NCBI GenBank assembly: GCA_973895155.1
Contig: OZ316899.1
Location: 6,265,241 to 6,329,240 of the forward strand
DNA from: Marsupella aquatica
Taxonomy: Eukaryota > Plantae > Marchantiophyta
Length of the DNA stretch: 64,000 nt
Direction of reading: 5' to 3'
Part shown: piece after piece, positions 49,868-62,268 of the stretch
How the letters are laid out: the number at the start of each line of letters is the position of its first letter
Numbering within the stretch: the stretch's first letter is position 1
The notes under the pieces: model-generated
Told to the model about the DNA's origin: nothing
Seen by the model: only the letters and a program-made list of their open reading frames with translations
Database searches by the model: none
Position numbers and translations under genes: made by a program

Positions 49868-50322
49868 ATGTTATCGTTAAAGGTGAGACTCCTGGGAGCT
49901 CTAACCAGTTGGAGGTTGTGTATCGGCAAAGTGCAATGGACACATTGCTCAAATCCACTGGTCGACATATGTAGCGAGTTATCAAGGTTCATATCCGCAG
50001 GTGATTTCAGACATGAGCAAGTCTCATGTTTGCTAAACAAGTACAATGGGAATGTTGTGTTTGAATTGCCACTGATTGACAATATGGTCTCAAAAGGGTC
50101 TAGGCTTAGGGACATGGAATGTGCCAAAGATTCCTACATTTGGACCCACATATTTCCAACTACCGCAAACGTGCAGCCAAAAAAATATTGGCAATTTGGT
50201 AAGGTTACCTGTATAGGGTTTATTGAATGTTGGAACAAGTCATGGGAGTACTTTCAAAGGAAGAAGAAAGCAAATGCAAAAGCATGGTAGGGCACTCCAA
50301 AGCTTAGTGGTCAGTATGCTAT
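49868..50322 (+). pseudogene. Second GCM-MULE transposase, N-terminal portion (opposite strand to its C-terminal part)
   Basis: YNGNVVFELP...LRDMECAKDSYIW...TTA...FGKVTCIGFIECWN aligns with YDGDHVYEFP...LKGMDRKSNCYIW...TTA...IGSVRCVGSLVCNN of ORF 1480-2334. Confidence 0.8.
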
Positions 50323-51148
50323 GATAGACTCTACTCAAACGACCTCAAAGCTGTCAGAAAAGAACGAGGAAACATTGAGGCAAAAAACAAAGTCCCTAGC
50401 ACCAGGCAACCAAAGTATCGGGAAACCAAAGGATCGGGACCAAAGGAAGGGACGACATGCCATTCCAACAATGGGAAGGGGGAACGGGACGCGGGAACGG
50501 GCAATTTTTTGATGGTGGGGATGGATGCCGATGATCCAATGGTCCCTAAACCCCCATCCCCTTAACATGCAACCCCCGACCCTTCACATCAAACCCCCCC
50601 TAAACCCCCTTTAGTGAAAACCCAGCCACCCCCTAGCTAGCCTTGACATATAAACCCCCTAATGTGCTTAAGACAACTCGACTGTGGCCACACTATGTTT
50701 GCAATGCCAGGGTCATCCATTTAGAGCGCCGCTTGCAAGCTCTGGCTCTCAAGATCCTCCCAAGGCAGCAAACAAGTTAGGGTTCACGGTCCATGTTCCA
50801 TCCCTCTGTAGTCCACCCTCCATGAACCTCACTTCATTAAACCCAAAATCTTTTTGGTCACAAAATAAGGCCATTTAATGAGTTATGCCCCTTGCTATCA
50901 CCCTCTTTATATAATTACCCCTCCTCAGCATAAGTGGTCATTACCCATGATGTGCTAGACTATTCATCCTTCACAAAGTAGGAAGGTTACTTCTCATAGT
51001 CTTTTAGTGAACCATAAAACACTAATAGTCTTTTGTAGTCTTCAACAAAACCGGTGCAATGGGTATGAGTCATTTTAAGTATGGAAAAAGGACTTAGTGG
51101 GCTTAGTCCTATAAGGTATGGTCTAAATTGCCCCGGTTTCTACTAGTG
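50323..51148. repeat. 826-bp CACTA right end, copy 2 (outer end, followed by the TSD)
   Basis: Direct repeat of 43484-44309. Confidence 0.95.
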
Positions 51149-51218
51149 ATTGGACACCCAAATACAATTGCAACCTTGTGCTTACCAATAAGAAATTATA
51201 CCACTAGAATCTAGCAAT

Positions 51219-54200
51219 ATGTCAAAGAATTCTATGGAGAAACTCTTATGTCAACCACTCAGCATCGATGGTGCCAACTATTTGTCCTGGACGCTCGATG
51301 CTAAAGCTCATCTAACTTCAAAGAATCTACAGGATACAGTAATAATTGACAATGGCCAAACACTTCAGCAAAAAGCGCAGGCATTGATACTAATTTGACA
51401 CCATTTGAGTGACTCTCTAAAGCGACAGTACATGAACGAATATAATCTGAGAGTCCTTTGGGACGCACTTCAATCACGCTTCGACCACACGCGCACCATA
51501 CACCTGCCTGCGGCCAGAAATGATTGGATAAATCTCCGGGTCCAGGACCATAAAACAATCACGGATTACAATTGCGAAATATTTTGGATTGTATCCCAAT
51601 TGGCCATATGTGGCCACCCCGTTAATGATGACGAACAGATTGAGAAAACGCTCTCTACCTTCACTCTACAAATCTTATTCTCTCTACCCAATATCGCAAT
51701 ATGCGATTCACACAATATTCCGAGTTGATTGCCCATATGCTCCTGGCTGAAAAGCACCAGCTATTGCTATTACAGAATTCCCAAAAACGACCCCTTGGAA
51801 CTCTCCCTCCAGTCACAAATTCAGAATCCCACTACGTTACAACCCAAAGGGGAGAGGGCTGATCTTACCGTGGTCGAGGTAGTTTCAGGGGGAGAAACAC
51901 ATACAGAGGCCGAGGTAGCTCTTTTAGAGGATGCGGAGGCAAAAGCAACAACTTCAGAGGCAGATCCAGGGGAAGATACCAAAACACCGGCGATAACTTC
52001 AGAAACAACTGGCAGCGAGGCAACTATCAACCCCGAGCGAGGACAAATCAACAGCAAAGCACTCACAGAGATAAATACGAAAACCCCTCTACCTGTTTTC
52101 GTTGTGGCACTAAAGGCCACATTCAAAAATTCTGCCGTAAACCTGCACACCTGGTGCAACTATATAAGAAGAGCACTGCACAAAATGAACCTGAGACGTA
52201 TGGGACTTTCCTAGAATCCACAGAAATTATACCAACTATAAACATGGTCATATCAAAGACCACACCTGATTCTAGTATCAAAGAAAAATTTTCCCAATGC
52301 ATAGTCGACAGTGGTACATCGCATTCCATTTTTAAGCATAAGGAATACTTTAAGCAAATTATACCATCCCAAAGAAAACTTACAACGATTATGGGCCAGC
52401 ATCAATTGGAAGAGGGATTTGGACCAGCATTGGTCACCCTACCCCGTGGGACGATAATTCATGTGGAGTCTGCAATATACGCCCCAAAGGCAACCAGAAA
52501 CTTACTAAGCTTTGGGGATATCCGTGCTAACAAACTGCATATTAAGACGGGCACTCAACAAGTACGGGAAGTCTTGTACATCACCTCGGGGGAACCAACA
52601 AATACCAAGATCAGAGACATCTTGAGAGCATCACCCCCCGGTTGTTACACTACTGAAATCCACAACTTCTACACTGGAACACCCCAAGGCACACTTACCG
52701 AGATCTGGCACAGGAGATTGGGCCACCCTGGAACAACAATGTTCCAAAAACTGATTAGAGAAACCCTGGGCATACCGGAAATGGTCCACCCCACGTCCAT
52801 GAAAGCTCCCTATTTAGCTTGCTCACAGGGCAAGCTCATAATCCGGCCCTCACCACCTACAACTAAGCGCCAAATCCCACACTTCCTGGAGCGCATACAC
52901 GTTGACGTATGCGGGCCGATTGACCCTCCAAGTGGCCCATTCCAATTTTTCCTAGCAGTCATAGACGCATCAACAAAATGGAGTCAGATATCCTTACTAT
53001 CTACACGAACCTGGTATTCTCCAGACTCCTTGCCCACATACTAAAATTGAGAGCTCAATTCCCTGAAAACCAAATTAAAACACTGAGAGTAGATAACGCT
53101 GGCGAATTTACCTCTAAGACGTTTGAAGATTTTTGCTAGGCCACGGGCATTGATGTCCAATACCCAGTACCCCATGTCCATTTTCAGAATGGAATAGCCA
53201 AATACTTGATTAAACGACTACAGCTGATTGCCAGACCCCTACTAATGCAGAGAAACTTACCAACAGCTGCTTGGGGTCATGCCATTCTCCACTCCGCTGC
53301 ACTACTCAATTATAGACCATCATCTTTTAATTCCTCTACCCCACATCACCTAGCACTGGGGACCATACCAAATGTCTCTCACCTGAGAACGTTCGGCTGT
53401 AAAGTAATGGTGCCCATCCGGGACCTAAGAGAACTAAGATGGGACCCCAGAGACACCCAGGAATATACATAGGTTTTGACTCAACTTCAATCATCAGATA
53501 TATGGAGCCTACAACATCCGATGTCTTCAAAGCGTGCTTTGCAGATTGCCACTTCTACGAAGATATTTTTCCCAGCCTACATACGAAGCAACTTGACACA
53601 GAGAAAACCTCCCAACTTACTTGGCAAATTGATGCCGGCTTCTGGAACGACCCAAGGGATAGTCATGCAAACACTGAAGTACAACAAATCTTACACCTAG
53701 CAAGGATGGCAGAACACCTACCAGACTCCGTCGTAGATGCCGCCCAAGTGACACGCTCCCATATCCCAGCAGCAAACGCCCCATCCAGAATACAAATGGA
53801 GACCCCACCAGCATCAACAACAACCACAAAAGCAAACTGTCATTGGGATCTGTCAACAAGCAACCAAGACAGCGTAGAGCTGCCCCAACACCTGCACCCA
53901 ACCCATCAACCAGGGATCCAACTACAAGTCAACCAAATGTACCAGAAGACAATGCAGAGATATCAATCAACTATGGAAGAACCGGACATGTATGGGACAG
54001 AGAGCACACTACAATAGATGAACAATTTGCATTCCACATAGCACAGCAGATTGAAGACGAACTGCCTGACCCTCGAACAATCAAAGAAGCTGAGGTCCAA
54101 CCTGACTGGCCTGAATGGGAACAGGCCATCCATTTAGAACTGGACTCATTAATAGCCTGCCAGGTATTTGGCCCAATCACAATAGCAGAACCTGAAGTAC

Positions 54201-55795
54201 ATCTCACAGGGTATAAATGGACCCTCGTAAAGAAAAGAAATGCAAAAGGCGAGGTAACAAGACACAAGGTCAGACTGGTGGCCCGGGGATTCACTCAAGT
54301 CCCGGGCAGAGACTACGACCTCACATACTCGCCGGTAATGGATGTCATTACCTACAGGTACCTGATTACATTTTCACAACGCCACCACTTATCCATGCAT
54401 CAAATGGATATTGTGACAGCGTATTTATATGGACACTTAGACAAAGGTATATACATGGAGGCCCCTCCAGAATTGGTGAAACGAGTCGAATACCACAGCA
54501 AAGGGAAACAAATCGATAAAGCAGCAACTCGGAACTAGCCGGAAACATTTGAGCATACCAATTCAACAATACTCCACAAGACTGCAGCAAAGATAGCCCT
54601 TAAAGTCCCTATACAGAATCAGAGAGACATCACCCGGAGAACTCGATTCGCAGTACAGGTGTTAAGATCACTGTATGGCCTTAAGCAAAGTGGCCTGACA
54701 TGGTACAAACGATTTAAGGTCGAGATGCGGGTTATGGGATTTAAGAATGCAGACATAGCACCCTGCTTATTCCTGAAGCGGGAGAACAAGGAAATTATTA
54801 TAGTAGCCATCTATGTGGACGATCTGAACCTGTTCGGAACTAAAAAGATTCTGACTGAAACTATTACACTATTGAAAAAGGCCTTCGAGATGCACGACCT
54901 AGGCCAGACTTCTTTTTGCCTAGGCCTGCAATTTGAGCACCTGCACAATGGCATTTTACTGCATCAGTCCACGTACATCAAAAAGATTCTAAGGCAATTT
55001 AACATGGACAAAGCCACTGCAGTCAGATCTCCCATGGACATCCGCTCACTTGATAAAGAAAAGGATCTCTTCCGGAAGAAAAGCGAGATGGAGCCACTAC
55101 TTGGCCCAGAAAACCCATACCTATCTGCTATAGGTGTCCTGATGTTCCTTTCAAACCAGACAAGGCCTGACATAGCCTTCACAGTAAACCTACTGGCACG
55201 CCTTAGTGCCAAGCCAACTATTCGGCATTGGAATGGCATAAAGCGTATTTTCCGCTACCTAGCAGGTACCATAGATCTGGGACTATTTTACCCATCAGAT
55301 GCTAAATACTTACTCACTGGGTGTGCTGATGCAGGTTACCTTTTAGACCCTGAGGATGCAAAGTCCCAGACCGGATACGTTTTCTTGATGGGCGAGACAG
55401 CAATTTCATGGCGAAGTTGCAAGCAAACATTAACTACTACATCATCCAACCACTCCGAGATAATAGCTCTCTACGAATCAAGTAGGGAGTGTATCTGGCT
55501 ACGCAACGTTATCAATCACATTCATGAGAATACAGGCATACCTACACTGTCAACACCGACGGAAATTCACGAAGATAACAGAGCCTGCGTTGAACAAATT
55601 CAAGCAGGCTTTATCAAGGGAGACAGAACCAAACACATTTTCACGCATGAACAGCAAGGAAGTAGTATTCAAGTTAAATGGATACAAAGCTCACAGAACA
55701 TTGCTGACATGTTTACAAAATCCCTACCTCTTGCATTGCATAAACAGCATGCAATCTCAGTAGGTCTACGGACCTTAACTGAACTACAAAATTAA
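51219..55795 (+). pseudogene. Bianca 2 gag-pol (multiple frameshifts and stops)
   Basis: gag LSIDGANYLSW...DWINLRVQD, protease VDSGTSH, integrase WHRRLGH, RT YVDDL, RNaseH ADAGYL...GDRTKH. Confidence 0.92.
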
Positions 55796-56820
55796 ACACA
55801 ATTATACTTACAGTGGAAGCGCTCATTTTTTGCTCAGGGGGAGACCCGATCTGTAGGCTACACCGTGAAGCTTGGACCAGCTCAACTCAAACAGATCTCA
55901 AACAAAGATCACAGCAGACATGCTTATGGCAATCAGGGAGAGATCCGAACCCTCAAACAAACAGCCATTCAAACCCCAAGAATAGTATTCTTTACAAAAT
56001 TTTACCTTCAATAACAGAGGGAGAAATGCGACCCAGCTCACCACCAACTACTTTCCGGATCGATGCTGCTGACTGACTTGAGAAGACAAACACCAAAGCC
56101 AGACTAATTCGAAGAATTGACAACATCAGGGGGAGCACTCAATCACTCGTTCAAAGACAATAACATTCTGGAGCAAAACGGCAGCTACGTCAACACGACG
56201 CAAAGAATGACTATAAGAGAGCCACAAAAATAAACGACAATGTCGGGGGGAGCAATACGAAACCTCATCTGTAAAACAGCCAGGAACAAATCCCACTAGC
56301 TACAGTTTGCCACATCCACTTCCCGACACTTCAATCGCGTAGAAGAGAATCAATCAGAGAAGAATCGCCCGACATTAGCAAGAACGACCACCAACAATGC
56401 AGTTACAAACACCCCCAAGAAAAAATGACGACGCCCACTCCATGCGAGACGATCTTCACAGTGCAGCAGCCAACACCAATTGCACACCACTACCATCACC
56501 AAGAATCACAGCACAAGATATCCACTCCTCCATGAATTACCAAGCGGGACCACAATGAGATTTTTAGGTCTTTACAAGTTATGATAACTTTACATCGTAT
56601 AAGACTCTACTAACTCGATTACTCATAAATTAACCAAAATTATAAGGTCTTTAAGGATGGAATGGTAACACTCTTTCCCCCTAGCAAGAAAGGAGGGGGG
56701 GTTTTAATGAGGTTACATTCCCCCCAACCAATAAACCTTAGAATAAACATTTCACAATTAGAGTAGGCTAGAAGTGGGTGCAACAATCCTCCCCGGAATC
56801 CTGTTTCACCCAAGGGGGAG

Positions 56821-56978
56821 TGTTGTAACCTGAGTTAACTAGACCATAGATAAGGTTAACTAGGATTACACCTACTCAGGTTAGGTCACACTAACTGCCT
56901 AACCACCAGGCTATTGGAAAGCCTATATGTAAGGATATGGAAGGGAATGGAAATACAGTTGTTCAATCTATCACAACA
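56821..56978 (+). repeat. 3' LTR of Bianca 2
   Basis: Preceded by PPT AAGGGGGAG and followed by TSD GTATT. Confidence 0.96.
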
Positions 56979-57649
56979 GTATTTGGTTTCTAAGGTTCCA
57001 GTTTTGGGCCATGTAGTAAATTATGTCTTCATTTGTGTGTGCAGGAAGAAGCCCAAGTCCAAGCTGTGCGGTTGTGCAATGTGAACCACACTATTTCTGT
57101 GCATGAACAGGGTACTCATGAGGATGACTCTCCTGAAATGCCAGCGTTGGATCCCACATTGACCAATGAACTGCATGTGAGGAAGAAACAGAAGCAGGAG
57201 AGTGAATTCGCTAGCAAGGTGACCAGTACCCCATTGACACCTCTTGAGCTTGGCACCTTGCCCTTTACTCCTGAGTCTGTGTCTCATGGTTCATTCAGGC
57301 AACTGTTGAGCCTTGTTCAAACTGAAGCAGGAGAAACACCTCCACGGTCCAGCAGTACAACTGAATCCCTTGTTCTTCCTCCCAAGTGCTCGAACTCCAG
57401 GAAATGATTGCAGCTTCTTGTAAGAGACCCATAGCAAATGGAATCTGAGGGTTTTCTGGGTACTATGAACTGAATAACAAAGAATATTGTTTCATGTGCA
57501 ACAGATAAAATCAGGGCGGAAAACAAGAGCCAAAGCTGTGAACGGAGTCTAAACAATCAAGCAGGTAACTTTGGTTTTCTATCTCAAACCGTTCCCCTTT
57601 ATGTCTTAGACTAGGGTTGTGACTATTTTGTTTGAAATTAGCTTGGACA

Positions 57650-58350
57650 GCAAGGCCTGAGGAGTTCAAATCCTTTATAGGGCCCAAGTCCTAGCGTGAG
57701 GACTTGAAGTCTGTGGGCAAGAGCTTCAGTCCTTAGGGTCTTGGTAGAGTCAATGATAGAGTCCTTGGTCCAAGACTGACTCCTTGTCAAAGGACTCTGA
57801 AGGACCCCAAGTTCTTGTGGAAGGACTTTGAAGGACTTGGAGTCCTCGGGCGGCAAGGAGTCGGAGGTCCTCGGGCAAGGACTGGACTCCGAGTCCTTGG
57901 GAAAGGACTTGGGAAAGGACCCAGAGTCCTTGGGAAAGGACTGTGAGTCCTGGGGAAAGGACTACGAGTCGAGTCATCTTTGGGCAGGACTCAGAGTCCT
58001 CGTGGAAGGAGTCAGAGTCCTGGGAAAAGACTCCGAGTCCTCGTGGAAGGACTCTGAGTCCTTGGGAAAGGACTTAAAATCCTTGGGCAAGGACTTCAAA
58101 GGACTTAAATGTCCTTGGGCAAGGACTTCAAAGGACTTAAATGTCCTTGAGAAAGGACTAGAAAGGACTCCGGGTCCTTGGGCAAGGACCCCGCGTCGTT
58201 GTGGGAGGACTCCAAAGGAGTTTGAGTCCTTATCAAAGGATTTTGAAAGACTCAAGGTCCTGGAACGACTCTGGGTCCTTGTGGAAAGGGCTTTAAGTAC
58301 TGGTCGGGGGAATGATTCCAAGTACTCAGGGAAGGACTTGATGTCCATGA
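57650..58350. repeat. Intronic array of 17-bp palindromes AAGGACTC-N-GAGTCCTT, about 21-bp period
   Basis: Example: aaggactctgagtcctt-ggga-aaggacttaaaatcctt-gggc. Lies between the GT at 57565 and the AG at 58517. Confidence 0.9.
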
Positions 58351-59816
58351 GACTCTTGTAACTGGTTTCTTGTAACTAGAACTTCTGTGGACACTTTTGA
58401 ATTCTTGCTTTTGAGAATTGACCCGAGTCACCATTAGGTCCTCGATCTCACAGCAGACTTCAACACACCTGTACAAGGGATGGGGAAGGAACATACATGT
58501 ACTGTTTTAATGTGCAGGTTGGCGACATTGTGCTTCAAGTGAATGAAGCTAATGGTCAGCAATTGATGGGGATCACGGGTCAGGAGTACAAGGATTCAAA
58601 CATTGATAGGAGAGACCAGATTAGGGATCAGGTTTTGGCTGGTACTTGGATAATCAGGTATGTCAAGGGTGACAAGGAAGCTGATCTGTCTTGAGCTTTG
58701 TACTTTGAAGAAAGCAAAGTCAAGGATCCAGTAGACGAGTCACCTGTGGCGCTAGGTGGCCTTAGCAGGCTAAAGAATGTTGTTGTTGACCTAGGGTCAG
58801 ATATAGTGGATTTGTTCAGATCTTTTAGCATCAGAAAGTAGGCAGCCTCTACAAGCAAGGGGTTTGAGGATGGTTGGTTCAATGAACTGTGTCTTCAATG
58901 ATACTTTGTTTTGGATTGAGGCCTTTAAAGCCTAGTTTTGATTGTAACAGGATGAGCATTTTATGCACCTTATCTTCTGTCACTTTGTATACTCCACGAT
59001 TCAGTCTCTCCTTTGTCTGTTGGTCAATATGTGAGCTCACGTCTTGCATAATGCAACAACGATTGTCAGCCCCCAGTGGTGATTGGAAGTTTGTTCCTCT
59101 CATTCAAAGAGCTGTGTACATAAATTTTAATCGGTGATATTCTATCATTTTGTATGGCAACGACTGAAACTTAGGTCAAAAGCAAGCTAGAGGGGTACTA
59201 AAAGGATCTCCACTTTCTCCACCAAAAGGACTTGGGTCCTTGAACTAATTCTCAGAATATTCTCGAGTGACCAAAATGTGACATGGAAGGGCCCAGATCT
59301 GTTTTGTGCCCATCCAAAGGTCAGATTTGAATTTGAGTCCAAATATGCATTGAATGTACCCCTCTAAAGCGAAGTGGTGGCCCCAAAAGCCAGTTGTTAG
59401 TGATTAAGGATCTTTGTTTGATTATAGACGCCGGTTTTAGGACGGTTCAGAATTCAAAATATCAATTAAGACATCCCAAACTTTATGCTAAATCCAAAAC
59501 AAGGACTGTTGCAACCACTATTGCTTGATGTCTCCTTTGGAGCTTTGTGACTTATTTTGAATGTTGCGTCGGACTCTATATCCAAAGCTCAAGGCACAAC
59601 ACACAATGCTTTCAATATTCCCATTCTTGATGAAATGCTTGAAAGAATGCACACGGTCAGGTTTGATGTTGCATTATTTTCAGATCCCTCCTTTCACTTG
59701 AGAGTCTTCCTTATTCATGAACAATTCCATTTCGGAAGTTGGAGATAATTAGAGTAGAGGTGAGCGCATAGAGGGCGGGTGCATACAGAGCTTATTTGCA
59801 AGTTCATCAATGAGAG

Positions 59817-62268
59817 ATGGTGATTCTTAGTAACATAGAAGATGCACTTGAAAGGATAAAGAGAGAGGCTCGTAACCAAAGAAGGCGTCAGAAATACTAC
59901 GATCAGTCTGAGAGGAAGAAAAAAGATGCAACCACTCAGTGCAATTGGGAAAATGAGGTTCTTGCGGATGCAGAGCAGCACTGTAATGACATTCTTGCAG
60001 ATGCGGAGCAGCAAGGTTCGGATATGCTTGCGGATGCGGAGTTACAATGTGAAAACATGCTCATTGAGGCAGAGCAAGAAGGGCAGCAATTGCTTCGTGG
60101 TGTGAATCAACAATGCGAGGCGCTAAAGATGGCTGCTATGGATGACATACGAGAAATCACTGCCCAAGCATAGAGTGAGGTTGCTCCGTTGTTACACACC
60201 ATGCTTTAAAACTTGCAAGAGGAAGTTGCTCAAGGCAAGGAAAGAGTCTGTGTTTTGAATGCAACCATAGGCAGAAGGGAAGCACGTCTCCAAGCATTGA
60301 ATGCGCAACTCGCAGTGTCTATTGATGAGCCAGAGTTTCAAGTTCATGATATTTGGACAAGGCTGTAGCATTTCGGAGAAGAGACGTGGCAAGGAAACGA
60401 GCTCAATACCAAGAGGAGCACCAATCTCGCACCCGCATGAAGAGAACGGGGGTATGTAGTGACCACGGTGATCCTATCTCAAATCGAAAGCGACAGTGCA
60501 TCAATAGATTAGTTTCCAATTTCATTAGGGTTTTAATGAGTCGAATGAAAGACCTTAATGTGGCTGCTAGAAAGCTAGTTTTGGAGAGATTTTGGTTGCA
60601 CAGTGCTTTGAGATAATACCAGCCTGCAGCGCTTGGGTGTGCAAGGCTAGATGCATCTGTAGGGTCTGTCGTGATTGACCTTGTTAAATCTCTAAAAATT
60701 GTGAAATCAGCTAGATGCAAAGATCATCTAGCCATGAAGAGAGCGCTCTTGATATCGCTGGTAGGAGAGTCCATAGTAGGGAGTAGATACCAGACCTCAT
60801 TGGCCATAGCTTTGGGTGTCAAACGTAAACATCCACAAAGCAAGTGCAATGAGGAAACAACTTGATCAGGATGCAGCATTGAGATATCCTACCGGTGACC
60901 AAAAGGTTAGGAGTGACAAGATTTCTATTGAGGTGCGAAAGATTGTGGAACAATACTGGGAGAGCAATACTCAAATTTCTCCTTGCAAGAAGGATGTGGC
61001 CAAACTACGCCTAGGTTTGAAGCAGTACGAGAAGCATTTAAAGCATTGGCTTGAGGATACTGAGGTAAATAATTATTTTTTGCTAATAGTATGATCGTGT
61101 TGAACCCGTATTCTCTTAAGTGCATGACAGAGTTTCTATGAGTAAGCTGAACCTTACCCCTTGGCGAATGGATCCTGATTTCATATTGCGTGTCTTGCAG
61201 GTTGAGCTCTTCATGAAATTCCAGAATTGGTGCACCGTGGAGGGGAATGGCATTTCTATAGGTCTCAGATCTTTTCAACAATTAAAGCCATACTATATCC
61301 GCACTATGAAGGATAGAATGGTTTGTTGCTGCAAACGACATGTTGAAATGGACCTATTGAAAGAGGCACTCAACAAGTTCAGGAGACACCAGCACCAAAA
61401 GGATTGTAATTGTGAGTGTTCCATATGTAGATCACCCAATGCTTCTTCAGAGGGTCGCAGTTGTATTGCCTCTAAGTCATCCATTACTTCAATACGAGAA
61501 TGGATGGAAGGAGCAGTTTGTCCTAAGCTTGAGGGTCAGGAATGGCACCGGAAGAGTTGTATTTTTGGTCAGTGTGAGAGATGTGGAGTTCACAAGTTGT
61601 CATGGTGTGAATGGAGATGGACATCACAAAGACACCTTATATTGATTGGGAAACCTTTCAATACGTGGAGCTAGATGAGAAGACACAGAACAAGAGAGAA
61701 AAGAAAAAAGGGACTGCTGAAAGCGCACAGCAGAAGGTAAAGCGCTTGCGGATGGTGCATCGAAGAACTTCTCTTCCTGATTTCAAGCTGCACGTACTAG
61801 GTACAATGAAGACATTTCTTATTCATAATTTTCGAGCCTGTTGGCGAGCTGTTCAGTCCAAGCTCTGCCTAAAGACCTTCCCGCGGGGAACTATAGTGTC
61901 GTCCATAGACTTTTTTGAGAATTATACGTTCAAGGTCCAGAATGAGATCCAAACTCAGCATTGGGATAATAAACAAATTACCTTGTTGATTCTTGTGACA
62001 TACAGACATCGTGAAGATGTTGAGTCTATTGAGGCTATTGTAGGTAGGTCTGTAGAAATGGCACAAGACAACACTGGGAATCGAGACATTATAGCTGATT
62101 ACCATTTTTTCATTAGTGATGACAACACCCATGACACCCTTTTTGTGCAACACTACATGGACTCACACGCTGGATGAAGCAAGAGAAAATTTCATTCAAG
62201 CACCATTGGGTTTGGTCAGATGGAGCGGCTTCACAGTTTAAGGCTTGCAGGCCTTTTTATTATGTCTC
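59817..62268 (+). pseudogene. Sola2-like transposase copy B (interrupted by Bianca 3)
   Basis: Coiled-coil N-terminus, intron 61065-61200, KPYYIRTMKDRMVCCCKRH, SSIDFFENYTFKVQNEIQTQHWDNKQITL, ISDDNTHD and WSDGAASQFK. Confidence 0.8.

Larger units (their letters stand above)
39113..51148. mobile_element. Composite non-autonomous CACTA element, 3-bp TSD ATT
   Basis: CACTAGTAGAAATCGGGG at 39113 and CCCCGGTTTCTACTAGTG ending at 51148 (also at 44309). ATT at 39110-39112 and 51149-51151. GACT/AGTC-rich subterminal regions. Confidence 0.92.
38680..56978 (+). mobile_element. Full-length Ty1/copia Bianca element 2, TSD GTATT, with a 12-kb CACTA nested in its 5' leader
   Basis: LTRs 38680-38841 and 56821-56978 differ by 4 substitutions and one 4-bp indel by eye. 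GTATT at 38675-38679 and 56979-56983. PBS and PPT present. Confidence 0.96.
35369..62268 (+). mobile_element. Sola2-like DNA transposon, copy B, with cargo gene; interrupted by Bianca 2 and Bianca 3
   Basis: Its terminus at 35369 is homologous to 29690 and cuts the CACTA transposase. AAGGACT-N3-AGTCCTT motifs occur at 35420, 35705, 57650-58350 and 59226. The transposase is at 59817-62268. Confidence 0.55.

Noticed and set aside
57828-58361. 177-aa ORF with KDSESLG repeats, and overlapping antisense ORFs
   Set aside because: By-product of the 21-bp palindrome period inside a predicted intron.
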